A stretch of 64,000 nt of DNA, from positions 13,206,001 to 13,270,000 of the forward strand of contig OZ281501.1 in NCBI GenBank assembly GCA_965637545.1. The letters run 5' to 3'. The notes below the pieces were generated by a model. The model searched no databases and was not told the origin of the DNA. It saw only the letters and a list, made by a program, of their open reading frames with translations. Shown here piece by piece: positions 23,801 to 35,869 of this stretch; position 1 is the first letter of the stretch; the number at the start of each line of letters is the position of its first letter. This stretch comes from Phallusia mammillata. Its lineage: Eukaryota. Made by a program: the position numbers and the translations under genes.

Positions 23801-26800
23801 AATACGGCGCTAGGGCATGTAAACTATGCAACGCGCAAATCATTTTCAAACTTATCCGGCCCGCATTGAAAAAAGTTTGGTGATCCCTATGTTAGAATAT
23901 GAAATGCCTTTTCTGTATGACTTGTTTGGTAGGCACAGCATGTTTCATTAATTGCTTTGGTTAAATTCTCAAGGCAGTAACTTTTTAGAAGGTAAAACTA
24001 TAACACTGGAATGCACATTTTTGTCAATATTTTGTGTTGGTCTTTTTATAGTTATGCTTTATAAAAAAATGTGACTATTAAAATTGACATCAAGAGTTTT
24101 GATTGTTAACTTTGACAAACATGAACAATTTCATTGAAAGGGTTTGACTATATTGGAGTGAATTTTAAATATGAATAAGGCCTATAAGCACTTTAAAATG
24201 AAGTGGGTTTTATGGACAATATGGCAAGCGAAGCAAGGGGTGACAGTTCAAATAAACAATTGATCAGTAAAAATCTGCGTACAACAAGCCAGCCCCCTTG
24301 AAAAAGCCCAACTCTGTTTTTGCTGAATATTTTAGAGTCCAGTATAATGCCAATTACAAGAATAGTACTTCAGCTTCAAGGGCTCTTTTCCTAGCGTTTG
24401 TTTCAGCGGTTACAACAGTTTTTAACACACAACTCTGCCCTGCTGGTAAGTGGTATACCACAGTGCTCTTCAAACGCCTGCCAGTTTTTAACTCATAGCT
24501 AAAAGAATGTTTTTGTTGTACAAATTTTCCATCACTGCAGCTAGTTTCCACTTTAGGGCAACGAAACAAACAGTGGTATGCAACAAATAACACACTTAAA
24601 TAACAGTAGTTTATAAAAAACTAAACACATGACAGTAAACGTTAAGAATAATAAATCTATTCCCAAATAAATTATTAAAATGCCAGCTGTAAATATAAGG
24701 CAGATGGATTGCTAAACAATACATCTAGTATATTTTTACTCATACACAAAGTAAATTACACAGTAAGTACATTTACTTCATTTTCACAAAGTTTATAGCA
24801 GCTGTATAGTGCCTAAACTGTGGGCAAACTAAGGTTGTTTATGCCGTGTGCTCTGAAAGAGTCCATTAATATTTGATATCATTTCTTTATTCTTATTGGC
24901 TTATGCGGTACCATAGTGCTTTATACAACTGAGTTTAAATTCACATGATAATGCCACTTATGCTGAATTATTACTTACACATGCACACATGGAGATAATT
25001 GTTTATCTTCTTAACTTGTAAACACAATACAAAGAAACCTGTTTTTTACTTTTGACTTCAGGCCAAACTGTCTAGCAGTCAATTTGTCTGTAATATATGC
25101 AACCAAACAATTTAACCAATGGCTGAATTTAGGCCATACCATTGCAGCTGTTTCATGTGAAATTCCATTGTGAACTTGTACATCATTAATTTGCATGATT
25201 ACATCACCACTAGTAAGACCTGCTTTGTCAGCTGGAGAACCTTGTTGCACTTCTGACACAAATATATCTGACAAACACAGAAATCAAAGCAAAAGTTTTA
25301 AATTGTTCATTATGTTCTCCAAAAGTAGATGATGTGTTTATTAGTATATTTATGCACAGTGTTTCAATAAATCTTACAAAATAAATGGATATCATAACAT
25401 TTTTATGAACCTGAATCAATTTCTGATCCTCCTCCAATAGTAAAACCCAAGTCACTTCCATGTTTCTGTCTTGAAAATCGAATACAAGCCCATTTAGGTT
25501 CTTTCTTCAACACACTCCTGATAAAATTGTAAAAATGACTACTAGTTTACGAGTTTGCTCATCTATATATAGAAACATCAGTTGTCAAAAAGACAACTTG
25601 TCCACTGGATAATTGAAACAAAATTAAAACAATTATAAAAACGGGGACCGAACCTGTTACTTCCATCTGAACTGTTTAAATTTTCACTTGTTTCAGCATC
25701 ACTAAGCTGACTGTCTGAGTTATATCTGCGTCGAAAAGTTGCTTTAATCTCCCGACTGGTAGATGAGCTTTTTCGTGAGAGTGCTGCCTGAATCTTTCGA
25801 CGAACTGCAGACCCAAAGGTTCCAGAAGAAAATCGCTTAGGTGTCCGATTTGAATCATTTTTGCGACTACAAAGTAAAAACCACAAAAAGGTTGCTACAC
25901 TGAAACAATGACAAGAATCATATATTTGAATATCTTACCTCAACTCTGACATACTTGAAGACCTTGACGGCTTTGTGGATCTTTTGTAACGTTTGTCACT
26001 ATTGTGCCTTGAAATTTCTCCTACACTCTGTGAAGCACTGTTGGAACTAAAAAGAATAAGTGTGTTTAAACAAAGTCAGAAGTATGCATTGACTAATGTT
26101 TACCCTATTCCAGAATCATCTGTGCTTTGTCGATAAACTGGATCATCTTTCGTAGGGATAGGAGATTTTCGGCCATATGTTTGCTCGCAGGTAAATTGGT
26201 CAAATCCAGGACGGTCAGACTTTGGAAGAACCTAAATATTTTTGTTGAAACAAAGCATTCTAAAATGTTTTTATATGTTACATAGTATTTTTAATTTATT
26301 AACAAATATGTTTTATCACTGATGATGGCATGAGCATTTGCCAAAACATTTGAATAATGTCGCTTTTTATGTCTATTTCGGCTGTTATTTTCCTTAAACT
26401 TATTAACAGATTCATGTTTTGGTGTTCCAAATACGTTTTTATTTCTATTATTTTGAAATAATTCACCTGTCGCAACACCGGAAATATTCTTTCCCTTTCA
26501 ACCTGAACCAATGTGTTTTTTAGTGATTCAGCAAGATAATAAATATTTCGGTTTTGGTGATAGCATCCCAAAATGTATGTCACTTCTTCCCGTTTTTCCT
26601 TTGGCAGAAATTTTAATTCATTCTGCAAATATTATTATTGTAGCATTAATCTGTTTGACAGAAAAACAACAAACCTAAAAACCTTTCTAACCTGAAATCG
26701 ACAAACTGAACTACTCATTCCAGAACTGGTTTTCATTGTACTGGTTTGCGAAGAGCTTGCTGTTGAGTTGTTCCACGACTTGTCAAATTTGTATGATTTC

Positions 26801-26838
26801 ATCTTGTTACAAAATAATGAGCCAAATACTGTAGACAT
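17897..26838 (-). CDS. WHRN: Whirlin-like scaffold (HHD1-PDZ1-PDZ2-HHD2-Pro-rich-PDZ3), multi-exon; first exons 26838-26692 and 26622-26467, last exons 18821-18636 and 18073-17897
   Basis: PDZ2 SLGLMIRGGSEYGLGIYVTGVD, PDZ3 TLGLTLEGGAGTKQPLPRV...GHILHAVNG...HEDAIRSIATAFK, and two harmonin-homology-like segments. An N-terminal HHD favours whirlin over PDZD7. Confidence 0.85.
23398..23889. mobile_element. hAT (Charlie/Buster-like) MITE in a whirlin intron
   Basis: TIR CAGGGGTCACCAAACT...AGTTTGGTGATCCCTA; TSD TATTAGAA/TGTTAGAA. Confidence 0.85.
26314..26357 (+). ncRNA. Degenerate minimal hammerhead ribozyme motif, family A copy 1
   Basis: TCA-CTGATGA-T-GGCA(TGAGCATT)TGCC-AAAAC-ATT-TGA; flanks shared with the 50289 and 52920 copies. 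Confidence 0.5.
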
Positions 26839-27910
26839 TTAATTTAGAACTTGGTGATCCATTTTTTTATTGATGCTACCAACTACGTTTAATAAGATTC
26901 ATTATATTACTGATGGCAACTTTTATTTTAACTACCTGATAGATATTGCGGGTAGCATAATAACTAGTAGTAGTAACTAAAATTTAGTTGCCCAGTTGTT
27001 ACTGAAGATTTCTCAAACACTACACAAATCTTTTAAGAAAGAAATGAAACGTTATGCGGTATTTGTTCCAGAAATAAAACATTCCATTGCAAATAATAAG
27101 CAATACGGCTTCTGTAGCAACTACTGATCTTCGTCGCCACCTATCGGAATTTTACACATGTAATGTAAGATGACGTTTCTCTAGCAAATAAACAAAATAA
27201 TCAAGCATTTAGACCAATAGTAAGCACGTAATGGGTATTCTCAAATTCAAGCATGTTTCGTATTTAATGTGACAAGCGTTTGTTTACAAAATGACCCCAA
27301 ACAATATTGGCAATAATTTATTGCACTGCACATGGTAGCGGCTTCTTTTGCACATTTACTTTACACGTCAATATAGAATATACGCTCTGCTGGTTACAAT
27401 TAATTTTAGACAAATAGTTGTACTATATAGCAATACAATTATTAATTAACTGTGTCTAGGTTTATAATCGAGTGCAGTTTCCAATCAAGTAGATGTCGAT
27501 GCATCGAATCGGCTAAAGTAGGTTCGTACAAAACCTACCTTCGTCTGCAAAAAAACAAGCCTGCTAATTTTTTGCCGAATGTTGAAAAAAACAAAATTGC
27601 TCAATAATTACATCGGTTTACGCGATGCTATCACAGAGATGTTGGCTTTTGCGCAGACAGTATATTAAGGCAAATTCAAATCCAGCACAATAAAAATGGA
27701 CACTTTTTTCCAGGATCAATCCTAAACAACACAAGCAGCCTGTTTCGTAGGCCTCCATTTCAAACTTAAACAATGTTTACATAAAGACCATCTGTACTAA
27801 AAATGTGTTTTTGTCATGAGCTTTTAAACGCCTTAATTTCCAAATATGCCTTTATTTACTTTCTCTTTCAGACTTTTTAATCGCTTCTAACCCAAAACAT
27901 CAGCTTAAAT

Positions 27911-28331
27911 CAGCGGTTCTCAAACTGGGGCCCGCGGTCCTTTAGGGGTCCGTGAGGCAACTTTGGGGGGACCGCGAAAAGGTTAAAGTAATTCTATAAT
28001 CTTATTTGGCGAAAGTTTGTGCCACTAAATAAGTTGAAATCAAAGCAAAATTGAGAACCGACTGTCTCCATTGCTAAACAATAGCCTTTATTGCGTGACA
28101 ACTAACAAAAATGCAATTGTTCGCGCACAATCGTAATGTTTTTTGTCTTGTATGTGATGTCAGATGCTGTTTTTGGATCATTGTTATGCGCAATTTTGCA
28201 AAACTAGCTAAAATCCTGCAATCAACTTTCGTTTTTCTGAAATACACATTCAAGGTTAAGGACCGCGAGCCCTCGAAATAATGGCAAAGGGACCGTTTTG
28301 AAAAAATAATGAAAACGTTTGAGAACCACTG
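27911..28331. mobile_element. hAT (Charlie/Buster-like) MITE
   Basis: TIR CAGCGGTTCTCAAAC...GTTTGAGAACCACTG; degenerate TSD GCTTAAAT/GTACAAAT. Confidence 0.8.
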
Positions 28332-28604
28332 GTACAAATACTAGTGAACACGTAAGTGAAATTTATTAAGTAGTCCTAACACAGTTTGTGCGACTGTACG
28401 TTCGAATAATATACATGCACGTAGTCAGTCGAAAATGGGACAAACAAGAAACAACTAAGATTGCCTAAAGGAGCCAACACAACAAGAAGAGTTTACAACA
28501 AGCTTTGAAATGTAAACAAGCTGTATGGCAGAAAAAATGCGTGCCTTCATCAAAAGGGCACCTACACAAACGTAACTGAATAATGTGCATATAGCGGGTC
28601 GCCT

Positions 28605-31600
28605 CTAGAAGGTTGGTAACTGGGAAAGTGGTATATGGAAGTTGAAATCGTCGGGAAATATATCCTTGGCACGTGGATACATTAGTTTGTAAGATTGTCG
28701 AATTGTTGCTTCAGCCACACCAGCTATTTCACTGATTTCTGCAAAGAAATGTTTCAAAGTTTACCGAGTTAGCAAATCGAAACGAAAATAAAAAGCAGCA
28801 CCTCGGTGGCACAAGTAAAATGCAATCGATATGTCAAGTTTATAGAGCTCTTCTGGCAATTGTATTTTTATTCCGACGTTTTGACGTCCTATACAGGTCG
28901 CCTTCATCAGGGTAAATTACACTGAATGCGCGTAGCACCAATCGGCATATGTAGGTGATTTGCCCACTAAGTTTAAGTAAACTGGTCCAATGTTGCACTT
29001 CACAATCACGTTAGTTTTAGTACTAGTCGAAACAGAAAGATAGTTCTGTGCAATTTTTTTAGCTAATAATTGTACATTCGTATGGATTACTATTGTAGTA
29101 AGCAAGGCGATACCTTTTTGAGATTTTCTTTCCTTTGAAGCTTGCGACGCCATATAAATAGCTGCAGCAGCTACGGAAATAGGACTACGACCGGATACGA
29201 GATCTGCATCAACAGCTTTTCTCGCAATGTATGTAGCAGCTCTTTGAACAGGCGGGGGTAGGCCGAGGTTGGAGCAAAATCGAGACTGCAAATATATGGG
29301 ATTTTAGAATTTTAGTATAACAGTGGAAAAGTGGATACAAACCATGAAATCCCCAGAAGTGATGACATCCACGTTTGTTTCCAGGTTCTTTACAATTAAT
29401 TTAAAGCAGCGTCCAATTTCCTTCTTGGAAATCCGGGATATTGCACATATCTGTAGTTGTTAAACACAACCTTATATACACTTGGCTAAAATGGGTATGG
29501 GTACAAGCAGTGGCGCAACTAGCGGAAAATTGAGGGGGCAGGCAACGAACTACCAATACGACTTTCCCAAAAACAATTGTATTGCTAAGTGCGTATCATA
29601 GATTGGTCAAATGGTCCGACGCGCTTTTCCACTAATAATCTAAAAAAACTGGGTTTCGTCCTTGGGTTGTACGGCTTCGAATGCCGTGAAAAAGTAACAT
29701 TTGTAAGTCACAAAGCCCATTGTGATAGTATATTGACGATTCAAACTAAGGCATTGTTTCGTAACAAATAAACTCGTTCGACTGGGTGTTTAGTGTTTAC
29801 ACGTTAATTTTGTAATCTGTCTACTAGTGCTGTACCATATAATGTGAAGTTTCTCATGATCATTCCTTGTGCATATTTACGTCAGGAGCATCAAGTTTGA
29901 GTGGAAACCAAGTAAATTTGTTAATAATGTCTTGTCCATCTAAGTCTAAGAAAACGAGGAAAATAACGTCGTGTTTTCAAAAGTCTGTTTCGGGTAGCGA
30001 ACCAGGAACTGACACGTAAATTACAAACAAGTTGTTAAAGGATTTTTGGCTGAAGCTCCACTCCGATAAACATTTATTTTTGTGTGTTTACATGTAAATA
30101 CGTTTTCAAGTTCCAACAAAGATCGTCATTGCGGTTAATTAGGTTGTTGTATAAATGCATCGCAGAAACTTCGTTTTTACCATCGCAGTACATGCCGATG
30201 AAGCGATTTACTGCTGTACCGGCGCCTTGTCCTGTCATTTGAAAGTTATTTTTGGCTTTAATGCGGACGAACGTGTTTTCGGCGCTATACGAGAGCCGTT
30301 ATACGCAATAACGCCGATAGAAAAGGGACCTGGCATGCTGACGAACCTGCCCCCTAGTTGCGCCCATGGGTACAAGTATACCAGTTTTATAAAATAGTAA
30401 CCATATTCAAAGTGTATTCTCAATTGTGTACATTGCAAAAAAAACGGTTTTGCGGTTGTTTAATGGTGGGTTTCACTAGTTAAAGCCTACTTGTGGCCCT
30501 CCAAGAACACCTCAGTGGCCAAGTTAAGAAATTTTGTCCTGGATCAACATAAATTATACAACTTGTCAAAAGATACAAAATACAACACCTCTTTAAAAGT
30601 ACGTGGAACTCCCTCCTGTCTACATGCAATATATAAACATGCAGCTGATATGGCATCATTTGATCTTCCTCTCAAACTTTTTGATTCATATACTTGTTTG
30701 AAAAGTTTGTTTGCTCGGTCCTTAAATGAAAATAGACAGTCACAGATTCTACATAAATACTAACTAATTGAACAAGCTTCCTAATGTAGGTTGCAAAACA
30801 AAATATTAAAATATTACATAGGAATCTACATGGATACTAACAATTTAACCGACTATTCTTAATGTAGGTTGCAAACAAAATTTTAAAAGGTTAGTCTACT
30901 TTTACAGAATATTTTAACTTACAACAATGTTCCTTGGAAGGCTGATTCTATCTGACATTGATGAAATTTCTTTGAAAGCCTGAATGAGTACTCTGTCATT
31001 ATTTGATATTGTGCGGCGGTTCGAAAACTGTGAGTATCCTGGAAAAAACAAAGATGACAAATTACTTTGACATGTAGTAGCTTGTTTGGTAAATGTATAA
31101 TTGAAACTAACCACTGTCACCAGAACCAGGAGGCCCAGCTGGTCTTTCAATAATGGTTGACAAATCACTTCCTGATAGCAGAGAATTCTGGGCATCACCA
31201 ACTCTTGACATGTCCTAAACAGGTGCTCAAACAATTAAGAACAAATATAGATTCAACATTTAGTTCAACACTATGATAAACTGTTCTCAAACAAAAATGT
31301 GTGCATGGGAACCATTGGTAAATCTCAAACCATCTTAAACCTGCTTTGGTAAATCTTTGGCTAAACTTGAAAAAAAATTTAAAGCAGCTTTGGCAATTTT
31401 TTTCCATTTATTTTATACCTAAATACAAAAAAGTTAAGAAATTTCACATGCCCCACAAATTATGTCAACAAAATACACTTGTATACATATTATAAAACCC
31501 ACTATAAACAATTTCTTACACACAGCCAGGTTTTTTTTAAGGTTTGGTTTGGGTGACCGCTAAGTAGTTTTAAGAGACCGCAAGTGTTTCATTTAAATAC

Positions 31601-32018
31601 CAAAAAATAGCCATATTTGCTTATTTGGGAAACCGCTGGAGAAATTTGGGGGACCGTTTCGGTCCCCCAAACACCTTAAAAAAAACACTGCACACAACTG
31701 CTAAAATTAATAAAACAATACATCTAGCATGCCATTCTTACAGACCAACTAAGTTTGCCTTTAGTGATGTAATTTACCTTAGAGTCCTTGTCATTAGAAA
31801 AAGTTCTCCATTCAGACCCCACATCAATTGTGCGATCACCAACAACTAACCCACATTCAGGACAAATCATGTCACCAGCCCTGTAATCCTCCACCAATGG
31901 TACATCAGGATGTTGAGGGCAGTGAATTTGGTGCAAGTGATTTCTAGTACACAATGAAGTTGAAAATCCATCGAAACCCACTTAACATTAAAAATACAAG
32001 AACAAACCTTGTAGCCAT
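28605..32018 (-). CDS. GTF2B: General transcription factor IIB; exons 32018-32008, 31943-31778, 31214-31112, 31038-30923, 30720-30589, 29450-29343, 29285-29114, 28738-28605
   Basis: Zn ribbon [24 protein letters not shown]-reader [10 protein letters not shown], cyclin folds [18 protein letters not shown] and [19 protein letters not shown]; phases consistent. Confidence 0.95.
28872..28914 (-). ncRNA. Degenerate minimal hammerhead ribozyme motif, family B copy 1, in the last TFIIB intron (sense)
   Basis: The minus strand reads CC-CTGATGA-A-GGCGACCT(GTAT)AGGACGTC-AAAAC-GTC-GG-AATAAA; part of a ~110-bp repeat shared with 45550-45660. Confidence 0.5.
29508..30368. mobile_element. Non-autonomous hAT element (~860 bp) in a TFIIB intron
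   Basis: Imperfect TIR CAGTGGCGCAACTAG...CTAGTTGCGCCCATG; perfect TSD GGTACAAG. Confidence 0.8.
31527..31690. mobile_element. hAT MITE (164 bp), uninterrupted paralog of 4185-6486
   Basis: Near-identical to 6333-6486 over most of its length; TSD CACACAGC/CACACAAC. Confidence 0.85.
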
Positions 32019-32355
32019 TCTGGCTAAGTGCCACCAAAAAGGTGGTAAACAGGAAATGCGTTGTTCAAAGTTCCACAATTTATTGTAAGTTTCAAAAATC
32101 TTGGAATAATATAGCTAAATGTTTCTGATCTGGACAAAAATAGAAACATACAATAAAAATCAGCGTACAATAAGCATTTGAAGATCATTTCATACCAGGC
32201 AAAAATCGTCTTTTAGAAAAAAAGGGATGCTTAGGTCCACTCCAGCTATCAGTGTGGGACTGTTCACGAGTTACCAAATAATATTTTAAAAATACTGTTC
32301 AGTCATGAAATATCGCTACTTTATTAGAGTCTGTAAGTTTAAATATGTAACACAG

Positions 32356-32460
32356 CCAGTCTGCAGAGCATGGCAGCTGCACATGTGATTTTTTTGAAAA
32401 AAAAATTGGCATGCCAATTTTGAGGGTTGCAAGTGGAAATTTTGCGCCAAGGGCATTTGA
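32356..32460. mobile_element. Truncated copy of the CCAGTCTGCAG MITE family (see 58747-59003)
   Basis: Begins CCAGTCTGCAGAGCATGGCAGCTGC and matches the reverse complement of 58890-59003; second TIR not found. Confidence 0.55.
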
Positions 32461-33643
32461 TTGTGACTTGACCTTTATCCCTTGCTTAGTGCCTGCTGGA
32501 TTTGGTCTTGTACACAAATTGCATGACCCAAGGTTGTCATAATTCAATGTTTTTGACAAGAATGTTCTGGAATCTGGATTCAGTTTAGTTTTAAATGTTA
32601 TTTATGTGACACAATTACCACCAACAAGAATAGTTTGTAAATGGCACCTTTTTGGTTTGATTGAAATTTGTTTTGGTCACAGCAGAGTCAAATGGAAATA
32701 AACCACAAGTATAAGTTGAGTTTATGTCACTTGGTAAAAGAAAACATAGAGTGATAGTGACAAAGTGGCACTAAAACAATCACCAAGCCGAAATAGCTGT
32801 ATACGAGTGCAACATTGACATTGTTAGTTACATACTGTATTTAAATGCAATACGTCACTTTTTTGTTCATGATACAGTACAATGCAAATTAGTTTTTAAA
32901 GAAAACGGTCCACTAAAAGACGATGACTACGGACTTTTTAAACTGACCACTGTGATCATTGATACGTAAGGTAAATCTATTAGACCAACCTTCCACTTCA
33001 GTTGCGATTTGTTGCGAAAGCGAACAAAAAAACTCACAGACTTCTTCATTTCCATTATTCTCATCCGAACAAGTCCGTTCAGCTCATTGGACAAAAGAAA
33101 AAAAATGCCCCTTGAAATGTTTATAAATTCGACTTCTCTTACTTAGCCAAGTAAAAAGTAATATGTTTGCTCAAAATTTTAAGATTAATTCAAAAATAAC
33201 GGCATTAGTTGTATTCGTTGTGTATTTTCATGATTTGACTTCGTTTGTGCTCTGAGCAATAGGCTATTGATAGAAAACAATCACGCAGTTACAAACCGTC
33301 GAAGTGATGCCCGTTCTATCAAAAGGAAACAATTTTATTTCGCTTTGTGTTTCAAAAAACAAAGTGGTACAAAACCACAGCATTGTGCTACAAGCAACAT
33401 GCTACAACAGGAACTTGACATGTCCGCGACTACAATGCAAACGAAATGCAACGATTTGAAATAATACACTCGAACATGCAATCTTGCGTGTACCAATTAA
33501 TCATGCTCTTTCATGGCAGAATCACCGGAAGGAACCTGGCCAGAACACTTTTGTTTATCAGGTTTTTATTCTTTAACCATAAAACAATACCGATCGATTC
33601 CAATGTCTAATTGTCATGCTCCAGCACGATATTTAGCAGTATG

Positions 33644-35869
33644 CTAAAAGTTTACAAGTTCGTTTCTCTCCGCTTCTGTAAGGTTCGCAAACGGTAACAG
33701 GCACTTATCGTCTGGGTACCCGTTGTAAAACCATTTTGAAATAGAGGGAATTGTTTTCGGTGGGTGTTTCTCGACTACGATTCTTCTGCACAAACGGCAC
33801 GATTCGTCCTTGTAACTTCTCGTGTAGTCATCGGGAGGAAACGAGTCCAATGGGGCATTTCTCCATTTATGATACTCCAGATATTTGTCGTCGTGTTTGT
33901 CTAAGTACTTAATGTATTTGACCAGGTCCCTGGGTGTTTTAAAGTCGTCCGCGTGTATAAATGAGTTCTTTGGTGCAACGGCTTCAACATCGGCTTTGGT
34001 TGGACCCCAGACGATAGGCACAAGTCCCGCAGCAAGACCGTTTCTCCAAAACTTTTCTGTGATATAATCCGGACAGTGTAAAGAGTTTTCGAAGGATAAA
34101 TAAAACTTGTAACTCTTAACCATTGCTGTTAATTTTGATTCGTTTCTCTTGTCAAAACATTTGCCAAACTTATCAAGTTTGAGACCAGCCTCTTGTAGTT
34201 TTCGAGCATATTGCAGACGCCAGATTGTTCCATATAGCTTGTAACAGTTACTAACAACCCACACAGCAACTTTTGTCTTTGTTTTCATCAAGTTTTGCAA
34301 ATCGCCCGAAAGTTTATTCCTTATTGACTCCTCAACAGATCGTCGGGGTGTTCCAAAATAGCTGCGAATGTCGGCTTTTCGAAAAAACGTCCACGTTAAA
34401 TTAAACAGATGATCAAAACGCGGATCTGCAATAGTTTCCTTAAAGTGAAACATCTTTGCCGGGGTCTCCTTGCTCCAGAATACGTAATGTTGCCATGGCG
34501 ACCTAATATAATCAAAATTTCGTTTCAAAAATAAAATTTGTTTGCATGAGATGTACAGCGTAATGTTAAACACTTTTTACGGAGACAATTTGCATTTTTA
34601 ACGTGTAACAATATCTAACGTGATACTATACGGATAAATAGGCTATAAAGTGTTTTTTTGCAGTGGCACTAATTCTAAACTCCAATAAATTATCTTTAAA
34701 AAACTAAATAGGTGCAATGCATAATATAGTCAACGCAAGAGTGCATAAATCGGGCTTCCCGTTGCGGACGGCATATTTGTAGTTATTATTTGTAGATTAC
34801 ACAGCTCCAGGCGTTTACGACTATAACCAGTTTCATTAAACGCTTGCAATATGCTTCGCACTTATCACGCGTAATTCAAGTGTATACTCCGGCATGCGTA
34901 GTAATTAAAAACTTTCGTTTTTCAACGTTTATTTTGTTAAAAAAAAACGCGTACAACGCTTTATTTGGGCCAATTTAACCGTATTTATTCATAAACAAAA
35001 CCGTGCAACTTTTGATTTCGTTTGTGAATCACTAATTAGCATTGTTGATGTAATAAAGAAGCACTGCTATGCAACGCATTTTTCGTTACCTTGTTTTGGT
35101 ATCAGGTACATCCATTTCCCTTTCCAAATCATTGTGATTGAAGAGTACAACAGCAATGCTTTCTCGGATAGTTGATCGATTGGTTGTTACTGTACATCCA
35201 CCACATTCGTCAGGAACCTTAAATTCCAACTTTTTCTCCTTTTCAGCCATTAAATAATTTGCAGTTTGCCAAATCAAAATGTTTGGTGGATTTTCGGATG
35301 AGAAAGTTGGAAGAGTAGGCCAAGAATCTGGGCTAACTTCAGTTGTTTGATCTTGTGATTCGTTTTGATAAGTACTACCCCATTCCAGGTGATAAACCTG
35401 ACAATTTAAAAAGGTAGTGCAAAATAGATTTTGTTACAGTTTTGCCAAACAATACGTCTGATATACATAAGCAAACTACTAATTCTCTACAGCTGTAAAA
35501 TTGAAATGAATTCAATAAAGCATGTCGAAAATTTAGAAAAAATGGACAAACCAATAAATTTTATCTTAAATGCATTTTTATTTGACCTATAGCCTACTGG
35601 AAATATATATCTCACTATAGGTATTAGTTTGAACTAAAGGTTACAGGCTAAAATTTCGCGAAAGATATAGAATGACAAACCTTTTCCACTTTAGAATGCG
35701 ACATCAATTTCTTCCACATTATTCCTCGGTCATAAGGAACTAGCTGAGTCCACGGTAAAAATATATCAGTCAGGCAAACAAGGGAAGTCGACACAGTGAT
35801 TAAGTAAAGCAACCTCCTGACAATTGATCGAGAACGCGACTTGTTGACAATTGATCGAGAAAGCAACAT
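33644..35869 (-). CDS. Alpha-1,3/4-fucosyltransferase (GT10); exons 35869-35681, 35397-35090, 34502-33644 (451 aa)
   Basis: Type II membrane N-terminus, stem region, and the alpha-1,3 motif YKFYLSFENSLHCPDYITEKFWRN plus VPIVWGP and NSFIHADDF. Confidence 0.9.

Noticed and set aside
29880-29960. Possible hAT transposase C-terminal remnant ([12 protein letters not shown])
   Set aside because: Too short and stop-ridden to support without a profile search.
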